Assembly (NCBI GenBank): GCA_024103195.1
Contig: JAGFIW010000081.1
Location: forward strand, 8,572-72,571
Source of the DNA: Saprospiraceae bacterium
GTDB taxonomy: Bacteria > Bacteroidota > Bacteroidia > Chitinophagales > Saprospiraceae
DNA length: 64,000 nucleotides
Direction of reading: 5' to 3'
Below are positions 41,437-51,131 of this stretch, piece after piece. The first letter of the stretch is position 1, and each line of letters begins with the position of its first letter. The translations under genes were made by a program, and so were the position numbers. The notes beneath the pieces were generated by a model. That model was not told the origin of the DNA and ran no database searches. It saw only the letters and a list, made by a program, of their open reading frames with translations.

Positions 41437-42018
41437 TTATTTCGCTTTTTCGGCGGCCGCTGCAGCACTCCGCAGGGCACGCGGGATTTCTACCTGGCAG
41501 ACGGGAATGCTGCTGGCCATGAGGATCTCGATGCCCTTGGGCACTTTGATTTCCTTGATCCGGAGGGCCTGGCCCAGCTCCAGGTGAGAGACATCCGCTT
41601 CGAGGTGGTCAACCAGGTTTTCCGGTATGCACTTGATGCGCACACGACGTACCATCTGCAGCATTTTGCCCCCGGCGCGTACGCCGACAGAAACACCCTT
41701 GAGGGCGACAGGTACATCGAGTTTGATCGCCCGGCCGGGGATCAGCTCCTGGAAGTCAATATGCACGATCTCCTCCGTAACCGGATGATACTGAACGGCC
41801 TTGACGATGCAGTCATGCGACTTGCCATCCATTTCGATACGAGCCAGCTTGAATTCCGGCGTGTAAATCAAATGGCGGACGTCTTTGGCCGTAGTGGAGA
41901 AATTGATGTTTTCGGCCCCGTAAATGCAGGCGGGGATACGCTCGGCATAACGCACGGCTTTGGCCGCTTTCTTGCCTCCGGTTTCGCGCTGTTCTCCGAT
42001 GATTTGGATGTAATTCAT
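41437..42018 (-). CDS. rplY: 50S ribosomal protein L25 / general stress protein Ctc
   Basis: L25 N-domain (AERIPACIYG...) plus Ctc-type C-domain and an Ala/Lys tail. ATG 42018 lies 25 nt downstream of a TATCTTTG box. Confidence 0.9.
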   Translation of the reverse strand: MNYIQIIGEQRETGGKKAAKAVRYAERIPACIYGAENINFSTTAKDVRHLIYTPEFKLARIEMDGKSHDCIVKAVQYHPVTEEIVHIDFQELIPGRAIKLDVPVALKGVSVGVRAGGKMLQMVRRVRIKCIPENLVDHLEADVSHLELGQALRIKEIKVPKGIEILMASSIPVCQVEIPRALRSAAAAAEKAK

Positions 42019-42043
42019 GACTGACGCTTTGCAAAAGAGCACG

Positions 42044-42051
42044 CAAAGATA
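42044..42051 (-). promoter_or_regulatory. -7 box TATCTTTG upstream of rplY
   Basis: Plus strand reads CAAAGATA. 25 nt upstream of ATG 42018. Confidence 0.45.
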
Positions 42052-42125
42052 AGGCATTCAGCCCAATAGTCCAGCCGATCCGGTAAAAAATATTCCACGG
42101 CCCTTGTCCGGCGGCCGTTGGAGGA

Positions 42126-43058
42126 TCAACCCTCCATGAACAAGGCGGATATGGAGCGGTGTTCGTGGGTATTCCGGATCGCTTTGGCGAACAGCTTGGC
42201 TGTACTCAGAACCTTGACCTTGGCCACGGATTGGCGGAGGGGAATGGTATCGCAAACGATCATTTCCTGGAGGCTGGATTGCTCGATATTTTCGTAGGCT
42301 TTGCCGCTCAGCACCGGATGGGTACACATGGCCCGTACACTCTTTGCCCCTTTTTCCATCAGCGCATCGGCGGCTTTGCACAGCGTGCCGGCCGTATCCA
42401 CCAGGTCATCCACCAGGATGACATCAGCGTCTTTGACTTCCCCGATGACGGTGATACCAGCCACTTCGTTGGCGCGTTTGCGCTGTTTGTCGCAAATGAC
42501 CAGGTCGCGCTCGAAGAATTTGGCATAGGCCCTGGCGCGCTTGACACCACCCACATCCGGAGAGGCGAAGATCACATTGCTCAGATCCTGTTTCTGGAGG
42601 TAGGGCATGAAGATGGCTTCGCTGCGGAGGTGATCCACCGGGATATCAAAAAAGCCTTGTACCTGATCGGCATGGAGATCCATGGTCATCAACCGATGGG
42701 CTCCTGCCGCCTGAATGAGGTTGGCCACTAGTTTGGCGCTGATGGGTACGCGCGGCTTGTCCTTGCGGTCTTGCCGGGCATATCCGTAATAGGGCAGTAC
42801 AGCTGTGATATAACCCGCAGAAGCCCGTTTGGCCGCATCGATCATCAAAAGCAGCTCGAGCAGGTTGTCTCCCGGTGCGAAAGTGGACTGAATGAGAAAT
42901 ACATACGCACCCCTCACCGACTCATTGATGATCGGCTGCATCTCACCATCGGAAAAACGCTGGAGCGTGATATTGCCCAAATTGTACCCGTAGTAGTCGG
43001 CAATTTTCTCGGAGAGATAACGCGACTGGGTGCCGGAGAAGAGTTTGACCTCGACCAT
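42126..43058 (-). CDS. prs: ribose-phosphate pyrophosphokinase
   Basis: VKLFSGTQS N-terminus, GYARQDRK, PRPP loop ILVDDLVDTAGTL. The track start 43079 is a TTG inside a promoter-like box; the ATG is at 43058. Confidence 0.95.
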   Translation of the reverse strand: MVEVKLFSGTQSRYLSEKIADYYGYNLGNITLQRFSDGEMQPIINESVRGAYVFLIQSTFAPGDNLLELLLMIDAAKRASAGYITAVLPYYGYARQDRKDKPRVPISAKLVANLIQAAGAHRLMTMDLHADQVQGFFDIPVDHLRSEAIFMPYLQKQDLSNVIFASPDVGGVKRARAYAKFFERDLVICDKQRKRANEVAGITVIGEVKDADVILVDDLVDTAGTLCKAADALMEKGAKSVRAMCTHPVLSGKAYENIEQSSLQEMIVCDTIPLRQSVAKVKVLSTAKLFAKAIRNTHEHRSISALFMEG

Positions 43059-43076
43059 TTCGGGTAGACGTTTGGA

Positions 43077-43084
43077 CAAAAGTA
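43077..43084 (-). promoter_or_regulatory. -7 box TACTTTTG upstream of prs
   Basis: Plus strand reads CAAAAGTA. 18 nt upstream of ATG 43058. Overlaps the rejected TTG start. Confidence 0.4.
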
Positions 43085-43204
43085 CGGAATTGGTGGATGG
43101 GCTGCCGGTAGTACCGCCATTCCCATACCATCTGCCGGGCGGTTTTCGTTATTTTTACAAATCTCCTGCCCCCGTCAGGGCGCTCGTACGCCATATTCTC
43201 ATCC

Positions 43205-44008
43205 ATGCCTGCTTCATCCATCCTGCGATTCCTTCCCCTGCTGGTGCTGCCACTCCTCGGCGCCCCTCATCTGTCCTGCAAGGGTGGGCTCTCCGACTTC
43301 AATTTGCTTTCCCTGGAAGATGATATCGAACTCGGTCGCGGTGTCGAGGCGGAGATCGCTGCCAATCCCCAGGAATATCCCATCCTTCCGGAAACAGGAA
43401 ATGAAGAAGTGTACGCTTATGTCCGTCAGATCATCTCGGACATTCTGGCAACCGGTGAAGTGCGGTATCGCACGGAATTTCCCTGGACCGTAAAGATTAT
43501 CCGGAATGACAGCATCCTCAATGCCTTTTGTGCACCGGGAGGATTCATTTACATGTATACCGGATTGATGAAATTCCTGGACTCGGAGGATCAACTCGCC
43601 GGTGTGATGGGGCACGAAATTGCTCATGCTGACCTTCGCCACAGTTCCCGCCAACTCACCAAAATCTACGGGATCTCCCTGATCGCCGAAGCCATCCTGG
43701 GGGAGAACCAGGAATTGCTGAAGCAAATTTCCACCACACTGATCGCCTTGAGCTTCAGTCGCGATCATGAGTCGGAGAGCGACATGGCTTCCGTGCGTTA
43801 TTTGTGTCCCACCGAATGGAATGCCGCAGGTTCTGCCGGCTTTTTCCTGAAGCTGGAAGGGCAACCGGTACCTCCCGAATTCCTCAGCACCCACCCCAAT
43901 CCCACCGATCGGGTCAAAGCCATCGGGGATGAAAAGAACCGGCTGGCATGTATGGGAGAGGGTACATTCGACAGCCGCTATGCCGAAATGGTGGCCAAAT
44001 TGCCCTAA
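43205..44008 (+). CDS. M48-family zinc metalloprotease (lipoprotein)
   Basis: HEIAH zinc motif (GVMGHEIAHADLRH), downstream ESESD. Signal peptide with SC lipobox-like site. Confidence 0.85.
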   Translation: MPASSILRFLPLLVLPLLGAPHLSCKGGLSDFNLLSLEDDIELGRGVEAEIAANPQEYPILPETGNEEVYAYVRQIISDILATGEVRYRTEFPWTVKIIRNDSILNAFCAPGGFIYMYTGLMKFLDSEDQLAGVMGHEIAHADLRHSSRQLTKIYGISLIAEAILGENQELLKQISTTLIALSFSRDHESESDMASVRYLCPTEWNAAGSAGFFLKLEGQPVPPEFLSTHPNPTDRVKAIGDEKNRLACMGEGTFDSRYAEMVAKLP

Positions 44009-44460
44009 ACCGCGTCCAGTACCATAGCCCGGTGGGGAATGTCATCCTCCATATAGGTCTCTCCGATAGCCCGAAAGCCGAAACCGGCATAAAAGTCTTC
44101 CAGATAACATTGGGCGCTGATCTTTACCGGCACACCCGGCCAGGTGCGCGTGATCCACGCCAGAGCTTCCTCCACGATCCGGCGACCGGCACCGGTACCC
44201 CTTGCCTCCGATCTGCTGATGACACGTCCGATGGAGGCATGTCCCGGATAGGAAACACCGGCAGGCAGGATCCGGCAATAGGCCGTCATAGTTCCTTTCA
44301 CGCTGTCTTCAAGCCACATATGCCAGGCGATGGTGTCCTTTCCGTCCGCATCGAGGTAGGCGCATTGTTGTTCGACGACAAAAACCTCCTGCCGGAATTG
44401 GAGGAGTTCGTACAACCGGGTGGTGGACAATGAGGAAAAGGAATGGACCTGGAGATACAT
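44005..44460 (-). CDS. GNAT-family N-acetyltransferase (ElaA-like)
   Basis: LYELLQFRQEVFVVEQQCAYLDADGKD (ElaA-type N-terminus) and acetyl-CoA loop RGTGAGRRIVEEAL. Confidence 0.8.
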   Translation of the reverse strand: MYLQVHSFSSLSTTRLYELLQFRQEVFVVEQQCAYLDADGKDTIAWHMWLEDSVKGTMTAYCRILPAGVSYPGHASIGRVISRSEARGTGAGRRIVEEALAWITRTWPGVPVKISAQCYLEDFYAGFGFRAIGETYMEDDIPHRAMVLDAV

Positions 44461-44480
44461 GACTGGACCTGGCCCAAGCG

Positions 44481-45020
44481 TTATTGCGGCCTTCGGAGTT
44501 GAATGGTGAGCTTTTCGTGAAGGAGGTCAAAACCGTTATCGGCTTCGCGTATGGTCAGTTTGAGGGTGTCGTCGCCTGACGTCACATGAAACAGGCCATC
44601 GTCCACCCACCAGCGGGAAGGTCCTTCCTGAAGGTCGAATTGGAGGTTATCTGTTTGGTCCAACACGTGTACTTCTCCGTTTTCGCGCAACTCGGCCTGA
44701 AAGGTGAGATGCCTGGTGAGGATTTCATGGAGGGAGGTGCCCAGCTTCTCTCCCAGATCGGCGAGGCCTGCGCCCAATTCCGCCAATCCTTCCCCCAGTT
44801 TTTCCATACCCCGGGCCAGCGAAGGGCTTTCCTCAGGAGGCTCCGAGGGAGGAAGTTCGGGATTATCAGAAGGTGGTGAAGACGTCTCTTCTCCGTATTC
44901 CGGATCAAGCAGGGAAAAAGATACCTGCCATTTCCCGGTCAGTTGATTTTCCCGCATGGCATCGGATCGGCATGCCGTCCACAGGACCATGGTCAGAAGA
45001 AAAAGGGTACTCCATTTCAT
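44481..45020 (-). CDS. hypothetical lipoprotein
   Basis: MKWSTLFLLTMVLWTAC lipobox from ATG 45020. Acidic Pro/Glu/Ser-rich middle segment. No known domain. Confidence 0.5.
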   Translation of the reverse strand: MKWSTLFLLTMVLWTACRSDAMRENQLTGKWQVSFSLLDPEYGEETSSPPSDNPELPPSEPPEESPSLARGMEKLGEGLAELGAGLADLGEKLGTSLHEILTRHLTFQAELRENGEVHVLDQTDNLQFDLQEGPSRWWVDDGLFHVTSGDDTLKLTIREADNGFDLLHEKLTIQLRRPQ

Positions 45021-45272
45021 GGAGCACAATGTAAAGAATCCGGAGTAAATGTTGTGACGGACGATGGAGGTGAGGCGGTCATTTTGAAGGCTGGCACCGG
45101 CATGGGGCCAGGGACGCGAAAACGATTCATCCTCCCAATACCGGCATTGATCCCCGCCGACCGGCGATCGGTCGCCGGCCATTTGGCGATGGGCTTTTTC
45201 AAGCCTCAACTTTGTGTCATCCTTCATCGGACACCGGCTGTTGGTAGTGGCCGGCCCACTAAATGGAATGTT

Positions 45273-45998
45273 ATGAAAAACGCGATTTGGATGCTGATTT
45301 TGTTGGCCGGCCTGCTACAGGCATGTCACACCCCTGAAATTCTCGTTCATCCGGAGCTTTCTGCCGACCCAATGCCGGTCAAAGGCCGCCAGGGGTTCCG
45401 GATTCGTCAGGTCATCCGGTTCGGGGACTACACGACCGATAGAGTGAGGCGCGGATGGGTGGCTGGATATGACGTGCCCTTTACACTTAGGTTTCGCGGA
45501 GCGAGGGAAAAACTGCGCTTCACCCAATTCGGTCCGGGAGAGGCCAAAGCCTATGTGGTTTGTGCCAGCCGGTTCAGAGAGGTGGAGTTCCGCCCTGTGT
45601 CCGAATTCTTCGGCATACCGCTTTCTTATCAGAATTATTTTGCCGGAGATATTTCATTGGGTCCGGATCAACCCTCCTGGGAATTTGTCATCCACAATCC
45701 GGATGGCGATTTTCTCAGAAGTGAAGCATCGGCAGGATTTGCCCGGACGCTCGGCCGCCGCATAGACATCTTGGCCATACGCGGGTTCAAAGGACAGCCG
45801 GCATGGCTCAGCGAATTGGCCGTTACCGGCTTTGAATTCCGGATTGAGGGTGAGGTGTTTGGCGCCGTTTCTACCGTCAACCGGGGAACGGTATGGATTG
45901 ATCCGACCGTCAACGAAGAACTTGGCGTGGTGATGGCTTCCCTGGCCACCGGTTTGTTGCTGCGTACGGATGTCGAAGGGGTGGACATGAATCCCTGA
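45273..45998 (+). CDS. hypothetical lipoprotein
   Basis: MKNAIWMLILLAGLLQAC lipobox from ATG 45273. No recognisable domain. Confidence 0.5.
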   Translation: MKNAIWMLILLAGLLQACHTPEILVHPELSADPMPVKGRQGFRIRQVIRFGDYTTDRVRRGWVAGYDVPFTLRFRGAREKLRFTQFGPGEAKAYVVCASRFREVEFRPVSEFFGIPLSYQNYFAGDISLGPDQPSWEFVIHNPDGDFLRSEASAGFARTLGRRIDILAIRGFKGQPAWLSELAVTGFEFRIEGEVFGAVSTVNRGTVWIDPTVNEELGVVMASLATGLLLRTDVEGVDMNP

Positions 45999-46021
45999 CC
46001 GGGCCGGCCCCATATCCATGA

Positions 46022-46834
46022 ATGGGGATAATGGCCCTATTTTGGGGCCAAGGACGCATGGGAATAAGGAAAGCATACCGGGATGATTTGGCCGCCGAAG
46101 GCGTAAAACTGATTGGTTTGATCCGCACCCTGCGGCACAAGGTCGAGCCAGAGGCATTGCACCGGTTTCGTGTATCGGTCAAGCGATTGCGGGCTTACCG
46201 GCGCTGGCTGAAGCAGATGGGTTACAAGGATGAACCGCCAAAGATGTGGTCCCGCCTGCGAAGGATCTTCCGGGTAGCCGGAGATTGGAGAGACCGGGAT
46301 CTCGCCGGTCGGCCTTTCCTGGGAAAAGATCCGTCACCCGATGATCAGGATGTGGTGGGGATGTTCAAATCCATGCCTGTCCGTGACCTGAAGAGATGGT
46401 TGGGAGGATTGCGGGCGGCCATTCCCGGCAAAGGCCAGACAGGACCTGCCCTGATGGCCTTCCTCCTTAAACGGCACAAAGCCATGGAGCTCCAGTTGCT
46501 GCGTTTGCCGGGCATCAGACCCCTGCACCGCATCAGAAGGGATCTCAAGGAATACGGATATCTCCTGGCCATTTGGACGGCGATGCCGGAGATGGAGGGG
46601 AGAGGAAAGGATTTGAAAAACAGGGTCGAAGCCCGTCAAAAGTTGCTGGGTCTTTGGCACGATCAGGTGAACTTGTGCCAAATGGCAAAGGCCTCTCATG
46701 CCTCCGAACGAATGATCAAAAAGATGGAAAGGAAATTGGCATCTTTGGAAAAGGAGGCGACGCGTGGACTGGCAGATCTGGTTGATGACCTGGGACACAT
46801 GCTGCGGACCTGTGGGCCTGACATGCGTGGATGA
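46022..46834 (+). CDS. CHAD-domain protein
   Basis: Repeated basic helical motifs typical of CHAD: HRFRVSVKRLRAYRRWL, HRIRRDLKEYGYLL, LGLWHDQVN. Confidence 0.6.
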   Translation: MGIMALFWGQGRMGIRKAYRDDLAAEGVKLIGLIRTLRHKVEPEALHRFRVSVKRLRAYRRWLKQMGYKDEPPKMWSRLRRIFRVAGDWRDRDLAGRPFLGKDPSPDDQDVVGMFKSMPVRDLKRWLGGLRAAIPGKGQTGPALMAFLLKRHKAMELQLLRLPGIRPLHRIRRDLKEYGYLLAIWTAMPEMEGRGKDLKNRVEARQKLLGLWHDQVNLCQMAKASHASERMIKKMERKLASLEKEATRGLADLVDDLGHMLRTCGPDMRG

Positions 46835-46857
46835 ATGGCAGAGGTGAGGGTCCCGGA

Positions 46858-47298
46858 TCAGGTCAGATGATCTATGGGCAAATGTCCGGTAACCATACCC
46901 TCTTCGTCAAGGGTGACATAGGGGTTCCAGGCCACTTCCAGGAGATGTCCTTCCGGATCACGAAAATAAAAGAACAACCCGCCAAAGGAGGGAGAGGTTG
47001 GGGGAACAACGATTTCTGCCCGGGAGACCAAACGGTCATGGAGGTGGAGGACCTCTTCCCGGGTAGCCACATTATGGCTCAGCAACACGGAAGAGGAGCG
47101 GGATGGTGCCAGCGGTATCCCGATAAAATCCTCCAGCATCTGCCGGCTGGCAATACTCAGCAACATGCCATTCAGTGGATAAAAGGCGATGTCCGCATTG
47201 GCCGCCACGGGTGTCCATCCGAAAGCCTCTTCATAAAAAGCGCGCAGGATGGAGGGGTCATGGGCAGGTAACGTGATCACGCTGAATCGGGGTTTCAT
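46858..47298 (-). CDS. VOC (glyoxalase/bleomycin-resistance fold) family protein
   Basis: Paired beta-alpha-beta-beta-beta module pattern (FYEEAFGWT ... FFYFRDPEGHLLEVAWNP). 146 aa. Confidence 0.75.
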   Translation of the reverse strand: MKPRFSVITLPAHDPSILRAFYEEAFGWTPVAANADIAFYPLNGMLLSIASRQMLEDFIGIPLAPSRSSSVLLSHNVATREEVLHLHDRLVSRAEIVVPPTSPSFGGLFFYFRDPEGHLLEVAWNPYVTLDEEGMVTGHLPIDHLT

Positions 47299-47304
47299 CG
47301 TCTT

Positions 47305-47709
47305 TCATTTTCGCCGGTACCTGTGTGCGAAACCATCGAAGTATTGCTCGATCAGGACCAGCGTGTCTTTGTCCAGGACGGCGGCATAGGGCTCTCCGGT
47401 ATCCAGGACAAGAAGGATGCGGGATTCGGTGCCGAGGAGGGGTTCATCGGATATGCGCAAGTCATAACCTGTATCCCGGACCAGCGAATCTGCTTTCCAT
47501 TCGCGAAAGGCGAGTTCGTCCAATTCCAGCCGGGCGGTGAATCCTGTATTTTCAGGGGTGTAGGTCCATCCTCCAATCCCGCCGATGGAGGATTCCCAAA
47601 TCCAATCGCCCTGGTAGCCGCTGGATGCGCAAAACTTTTTTTTATGGCAGCCGGATGCCAGGAAGACGATGCAGCAAAAGAGGATTCCGGGGTGGCGAAG
47701 TGTGTTCAT
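47305..47709 (-). CDS. hypothetical lipoprotein
   Basis: MNTLRHPGILFCCIVFLASGC lipobox from ATG 47709. No domain recognised. Confidence 0.45.
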   Translation of the reverse strand: MNTLRHPGILFCCIVFLASGCHKKKFCASSGYQGDWIWESSIGGIGGWTYTPENTGFTARLELDELAFREWKADSLVRDTGYDLRISDEPLLGTESRILLVLDTGEPYAAVLDKDTLVLIEQYFDGFAHRYRRK

Positions 47710-47778
47710 TTGGTGGGACCGGGGGGTTGGCAAGTCCGGTCATACCCATGAACGGGAATGACAACAGGAACGTGGGGA

Positions 47779-48201
47779 TCAGGCCGTAGTTGTTGTCCGG
47801 CGGCCCAAACGGCCACCCAGCCAGGCCATGGGGAAATAAGCCACCACAAGATCCAACACGTTGAACCACGCAGGGGCGGGAAGCATGAACACGGCGCTCA
47901 TGCCGCCGGCAAAAAAGAACAACCCGACAATCAGGGCGAGACGCATGGAATGAGCGGGGGCAAGCCGGGCGGCCGTAAAGGCACCGACCAGCGTACCCAG
48001 TGCGTGGGCCAGGAAGGGCATCAGGAAGTGCTTGGGCTTGAACAGATGCATGGAGGCCTTCAGAGACTCCGTAGATGTCACGTCAACACCTTCGGGAGGC
48101 GGGATCACGGAACCACTGATCATGACCAGACCCATATTGACCGCTGCCCCTGCCACCAGGCCGGCCAGAAGAGCGAGAACATAGCGCAGAATAACGGGCA
48201 T
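47779..48201 (-). CDS. hypothetical four-helix membrane protein
   Basis: 140 aa with four hydrophobic segments. No motif recognised. Confidence 0.5.
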   Translation of the reverse strand: MPVILRYVLALLAGLVAGAAVNMGLVMISGSVIPPPEGVDVTSTESLKASMHLFKPKHFLMPFLAHALGTLVGAFTAARLAPAHSMRLALIVGLFFFAGGMSAVFMLPAPAWFNVLDLVVAYFPMAWLGGRLGRRTTTTA

Positions 48202-48353
48202 AGGAAAACGGATTGTTGTTGTTCAGGTGCAGGCATTCAACCTGAGGAGAATCAGGCCGAATAAAGGTAATTTGATTTGCAGAATTGCCTGATTCTTTTT
48301 GTCGTTTCTCGGAATGGCGGCGCCGGGAATGGCCGATACCCTGTCCGGATGGT

Positions 48354-48361
48354 TATTTTTG
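48354..48361 (+). promoter_or_regulatory. -7 box TATTTTTG upstream of the heptahaem-TPR gene
   Basis: Exact TAnnTTTG match, 4 nt before ATG 48366. Confidence 0.35.
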
Positions 48362-48365
48362 CGCT

Positions 48366-50177
48366 ATGTCCAGGTGGTCGTTGGCAGGGGTATTGTTGGC
48401 CGGTGTTTGGCTGGCCGGATCATTGATGGATTGCACACCTGTCGCCGGAGGGGGTCAAACGGATTTTCTCAACATGCACGACAGTGTGGCTTATGTGGGC
48501 ATGGCCACTTGCCGGACCTGTCACGCAAATGTGCATGAAACCTTCCGGCATACCGGGATGGGCAGATCTTTCGGGCGCGCCACACCGGAGCGCAGCAGCG
48601 CCGTTTTTGGCGATCATGCGCTGGTCAGGGATTCATTGACAGGATACAGCTATTTCCCTTTTTTTAGGGATAGTGTCTTGTACATTCGCGAATTCAGACT
48701 ACAAGGCAAAGACACGGTCCACAACCGCGTGGAAAGAGTGTCATGGATCATCGGTTCCGGGCATCACACCAACTCGCACATCATCGAGCGGAACGGTTTC
48801 CTTTACCAGGCACCGATCACTTATTACACCCAAAGCCGGAGATGGGATATGGCCCCCGGGTATGAAGGAGGCGCCAACAGCAGGTTTTCCAGGATACTGA
48901 CCACGGAATGCCTGACGTGCCACAACCATTTTCCCGGTCATGTGGCCGGATCGGAAAACAAATACTTCGACATACCGGAAGGCATCGAATGCGAGCGATG
49001 CCATGGCCCGGGCGCCTTGCATGTCAAAGCGATACAGTCCGGCAACATAGTGGATACTTCCCGGATGGCCGACCGAACGATCGTCAATCCCCGACGATTG
49101 CCCCGGGACCGGCAAACCGATCTTTGCCAGCGCTGTCATTTGCAGGGGGTGGCGGTGCTTCGCCGGGGCAAAACCTTTTTTGATTTCCGGCCCGGCATGG
49201 CCCTTTCCGAAGTCATGCATGTTTTTCTGCCCCGATACAGCGATTCGGGGGAGCGATTCCTCATGGCTTCCCAGGCAGAGCGTCTCGTGCAAAGTGCGTG
49301 TTACCGCCTATCCGAATCACTGACCTGTATCACCTGCCATAACCCACATGTTTCGGTCTTGCAGACCGGAAGGGAACAATACAATACGACTTGCAGGAAT
49401 TGTCACGGTGCCCTGAAATGTTCGGCGCCGGAGGCGGACAGAAAGGCGCGCAAGGAGGATTGTGCAGGCTGTCACATGCCCGCTTCGGAGAGCATTGACA
49501 TCCCCCACGTCAGTATTACCGATCATTATATCCGCAAGGATTACCGGCCTGTATCCGGCGATGGGGGGAAAAGCCGGTTTTTGGGGTTGGAGCCCTTGAC
49601 CAGGGGCATGGTCGGGCCGGAGGAAATGGCGCAGGCGTATATCGCGCTTTACGAGAAATTCATTCCGGACCGGTCCCTGCTCGACTCGGCCGGACAATGG
49701 CTCGACCGGGCCCGGGGAAAGGAGACGGTGATTTTTCCGGTGCGGGTTCACTGGCTGTTTGCCCGGGAGGATTACGGTGCATTGGGCCGGCTGGCCGATC
49801 AATGCGATACGTCCGGGCTGGACGGGTGGACCGCCTATCGATTGGGAGAGGCCTGCATGCGGACGATGCGCCACAAGCAGGGATTGGCGTTTCTCGCCCG
49901 AGCGGCGCACATGGCCCCTTACCATCTGGAATTCCTCGAGAAATACGGGGTGGCGCTGGGTGTCCTTCAAAAAGGTGTGGAGGCCGAGAGGGTCTTCCGC
50001 CGGGTGTTGGTAGAGGATCCGGCCCGCCCGTTGGCGCTTACCAATCTGGGATACCTCCGTGCCGTGCAGGGAGATGTCGGGCAAGCCCGGCTTTACTACC
50101 GCAAGGCACTGGAACTGGACCCCGACTTCGAGCAGGCCCGGGTAAACCTGGAGGCACTGGAGGGCCTCCGGCGATGA
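48366..50177 (+). CDS. heptahaem c-type cytochrome fused to a C-terminal TPR domain
   Basis: Seven CXXCH: CRTCH, CLTCH, CERCH, CQRCH, CITCH, CRNCH, CAGCH. TPR-like helices in the last ~170 aa (...NLGYLRAVQGDVGQARLYYRKALELDPDFEQA). Signal/anchor MSRWSLAGVLLAGVWLAGSLMDC from ATG 48366; the track start 48285 is a TTG. Confidence 0.8.
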   Translation: MSRWSLAGVLLAGVWLAGSLMDCTPVAGGGQTDFLNMHDSVAYVGMATCRTCHANVHETFRHTGMGRSFGRATPERSSAVFGDHALVRDSLTGYSYFPFFRDSVLYIREFRLQGKDTVHNRVERVSWIIGSGHHTNSHIIERNGFLYQAPITYYTQSRRWDMAPGYEGGANSRFSRILTTECLTCHNHFPGHVAGSENKYFDIPEGIECERCHGPGALHVKAIQSGNIVDTSRMADRTIVNPRRLPRDRQTDLCQRCHLQGVAVLRRGKTFFDFRPGMALSEVMHVFLPRYSDSGERFLMASQAERLVQSACYRLSESLTCITCHNPHVSVLQTGREQYNTTCRNCHGALKCSAPEADRKARKEDCAGCHMPASESIDIPHVSITDHYIRKDYRPVSGDGGKSRFLGLEPLTRGMVGPEEMAQAYIALYEKFIPDRSLLDSAGQWLDRARGKETVIFPVRVHWLFAREDYGALGRLADQCDTSGLDGWTAYRLGEACMRTMRHKQGLAFLARAAHMAPYHLEFLEKYGVALGVLQKGVEAERVFRRVLVEDPARPLALTNLGYLRAVQGDVGQARLYYRKALELDPDFEQARVNLEALEGLRR

Positions 50178-50236
50178 CGGTCGTCATTCCGCGGCTGATT
50201 CTGGTCATCCTGAAGGTATCGTTCCTTTCATCCGGC

Positions 50237-50244
50237 TAACTTTG
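50237..50244 (+). promoter_or_regulatory. -7 box TAACTTTG upstream of the six-gene cytochrome operon
   Basis: Exact TAnnTTTG match, 18 nt before ATG 50263, inside the only sizeable gap (86 nt) in the island. Confidence 0.4.
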
Positions 50245-50262
50245 CCCTTCCAAGGTTGAAGG

Positions 50263-51129
50263 ATGAGTCCCATTGTTCACCGTGTTTATATTTCGACGTT
50301 AGTCACCATTGTCGCAAGTACTGCCTGTTTTCTGGCCTATAGCGGCTACTCGTACTATACGACCCCACTTGAGGAACGGTTTTTTCATCCCCGGCACGAT
50401 TGGTTCAAGCCTTCGGGAGCATTTGGACACGGGCTGGGCATTGTCGGCACTTTGCTTATTCTTTTGGGCGTATTCGGGTATATGGGTATCAAACGCACCC
50501 GTTTGTTGTCGAAAATGGGACGTTTGAAATATTGGCTGGAATTTCATATTTTCCTTTGTACGCTTGGTCCCGTCATGGTCCTTTTTCACACCGCTTTCAA
50601 GTTTGGCGGTATCGTCTCGGTCAGTTTCTGGAGTATGGTCGCTGTGGTGGCGAGTGGTGTGATCGGAAGGTTCATTTACGTGCAAATTCCCCGGTCCCTG
50701 GAAGGCCGTGAATTTTCCTTGCAGGAGCTTCATGCCATGCGGAAGGAATTGACGGAATCTCTGCGAACCGATTACGGATTGGATGAAGAAACGGTGCGTT
50801 TCATAGAGGACATTTCCGAGCAGCCCGTGAACGGAGGTGGAAATCTGATGGTACAATTTGTCCGGAGATGGATGGCTGACCGACGCGCGATCAGGGGCGT
50901 CGTTACCCGGTTGCGTGCCAAAGGAACGGATGGTAAGATCGTAAAAGCCATTCGGCGCAATTTCCGTAAAGAGCTCACCTTGAGGAGTCGAATCAACAGA
51001 TTGCAACACATGATCCGGCTGTTCAAGTACTGGCATGTTGCCCACCTTCCCTTTGCATTGATCATGCTCATTATCATGATCATTCATGTAGGTGTCACCC
51101 TTGCTTTTGGTTATCGCTGGATATTTTGA
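50263..51129 (+). CDS. five-TM membrane protein with two H-x13-H helices (candidate dihaem cytochrome b)
   Basis: TM3 is EFH-IFLCTLGPVMVLF-HTAF and TM5 is VAH-LPFALIMLIIMII-HVG. R/K-rich ~115-aa loop between TM4 and TM5. The coding call is solid; the haem-b function is inferred. Confidence 0.65.
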   Translation: MSPIVHRVYISTLVTIVASTACFLAYSGYSYYTTPLEERFFHPRHDWFKPSGAFGHGLGIVGTLLILLGVFGYMGIKRTRLLSKMGRLKYWLEFHIFLCTLGPVMVLFHTAFKFGGIVSVSFWSMVAVVASGVIGRFIYVQIPRSLEGREFSLQELHAMRKELTESLRTDYGLDEETVRFIEDISEQPVNGGGNLMVQFVRRWMADRRAIRGVVTRLRAKGTDGKIVKAIRRNFRKELTLRSRINRLQHMIRLFKYWHVAHLPFALIMLIIMIIHVGVTLAFGYRWIF

Positions 51130-51131
51130 CC

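Noticed and set aside
48366-50177. The heptahaem protein as a nitrite reductase (NrfA) or Hao-type enzyme
   Set aside because: It has no CXXCK catalytic haem motif. It has no recognisable Hao crosslink region and no nrfH-like partner. A TPR tail is not expected for these enzymes.
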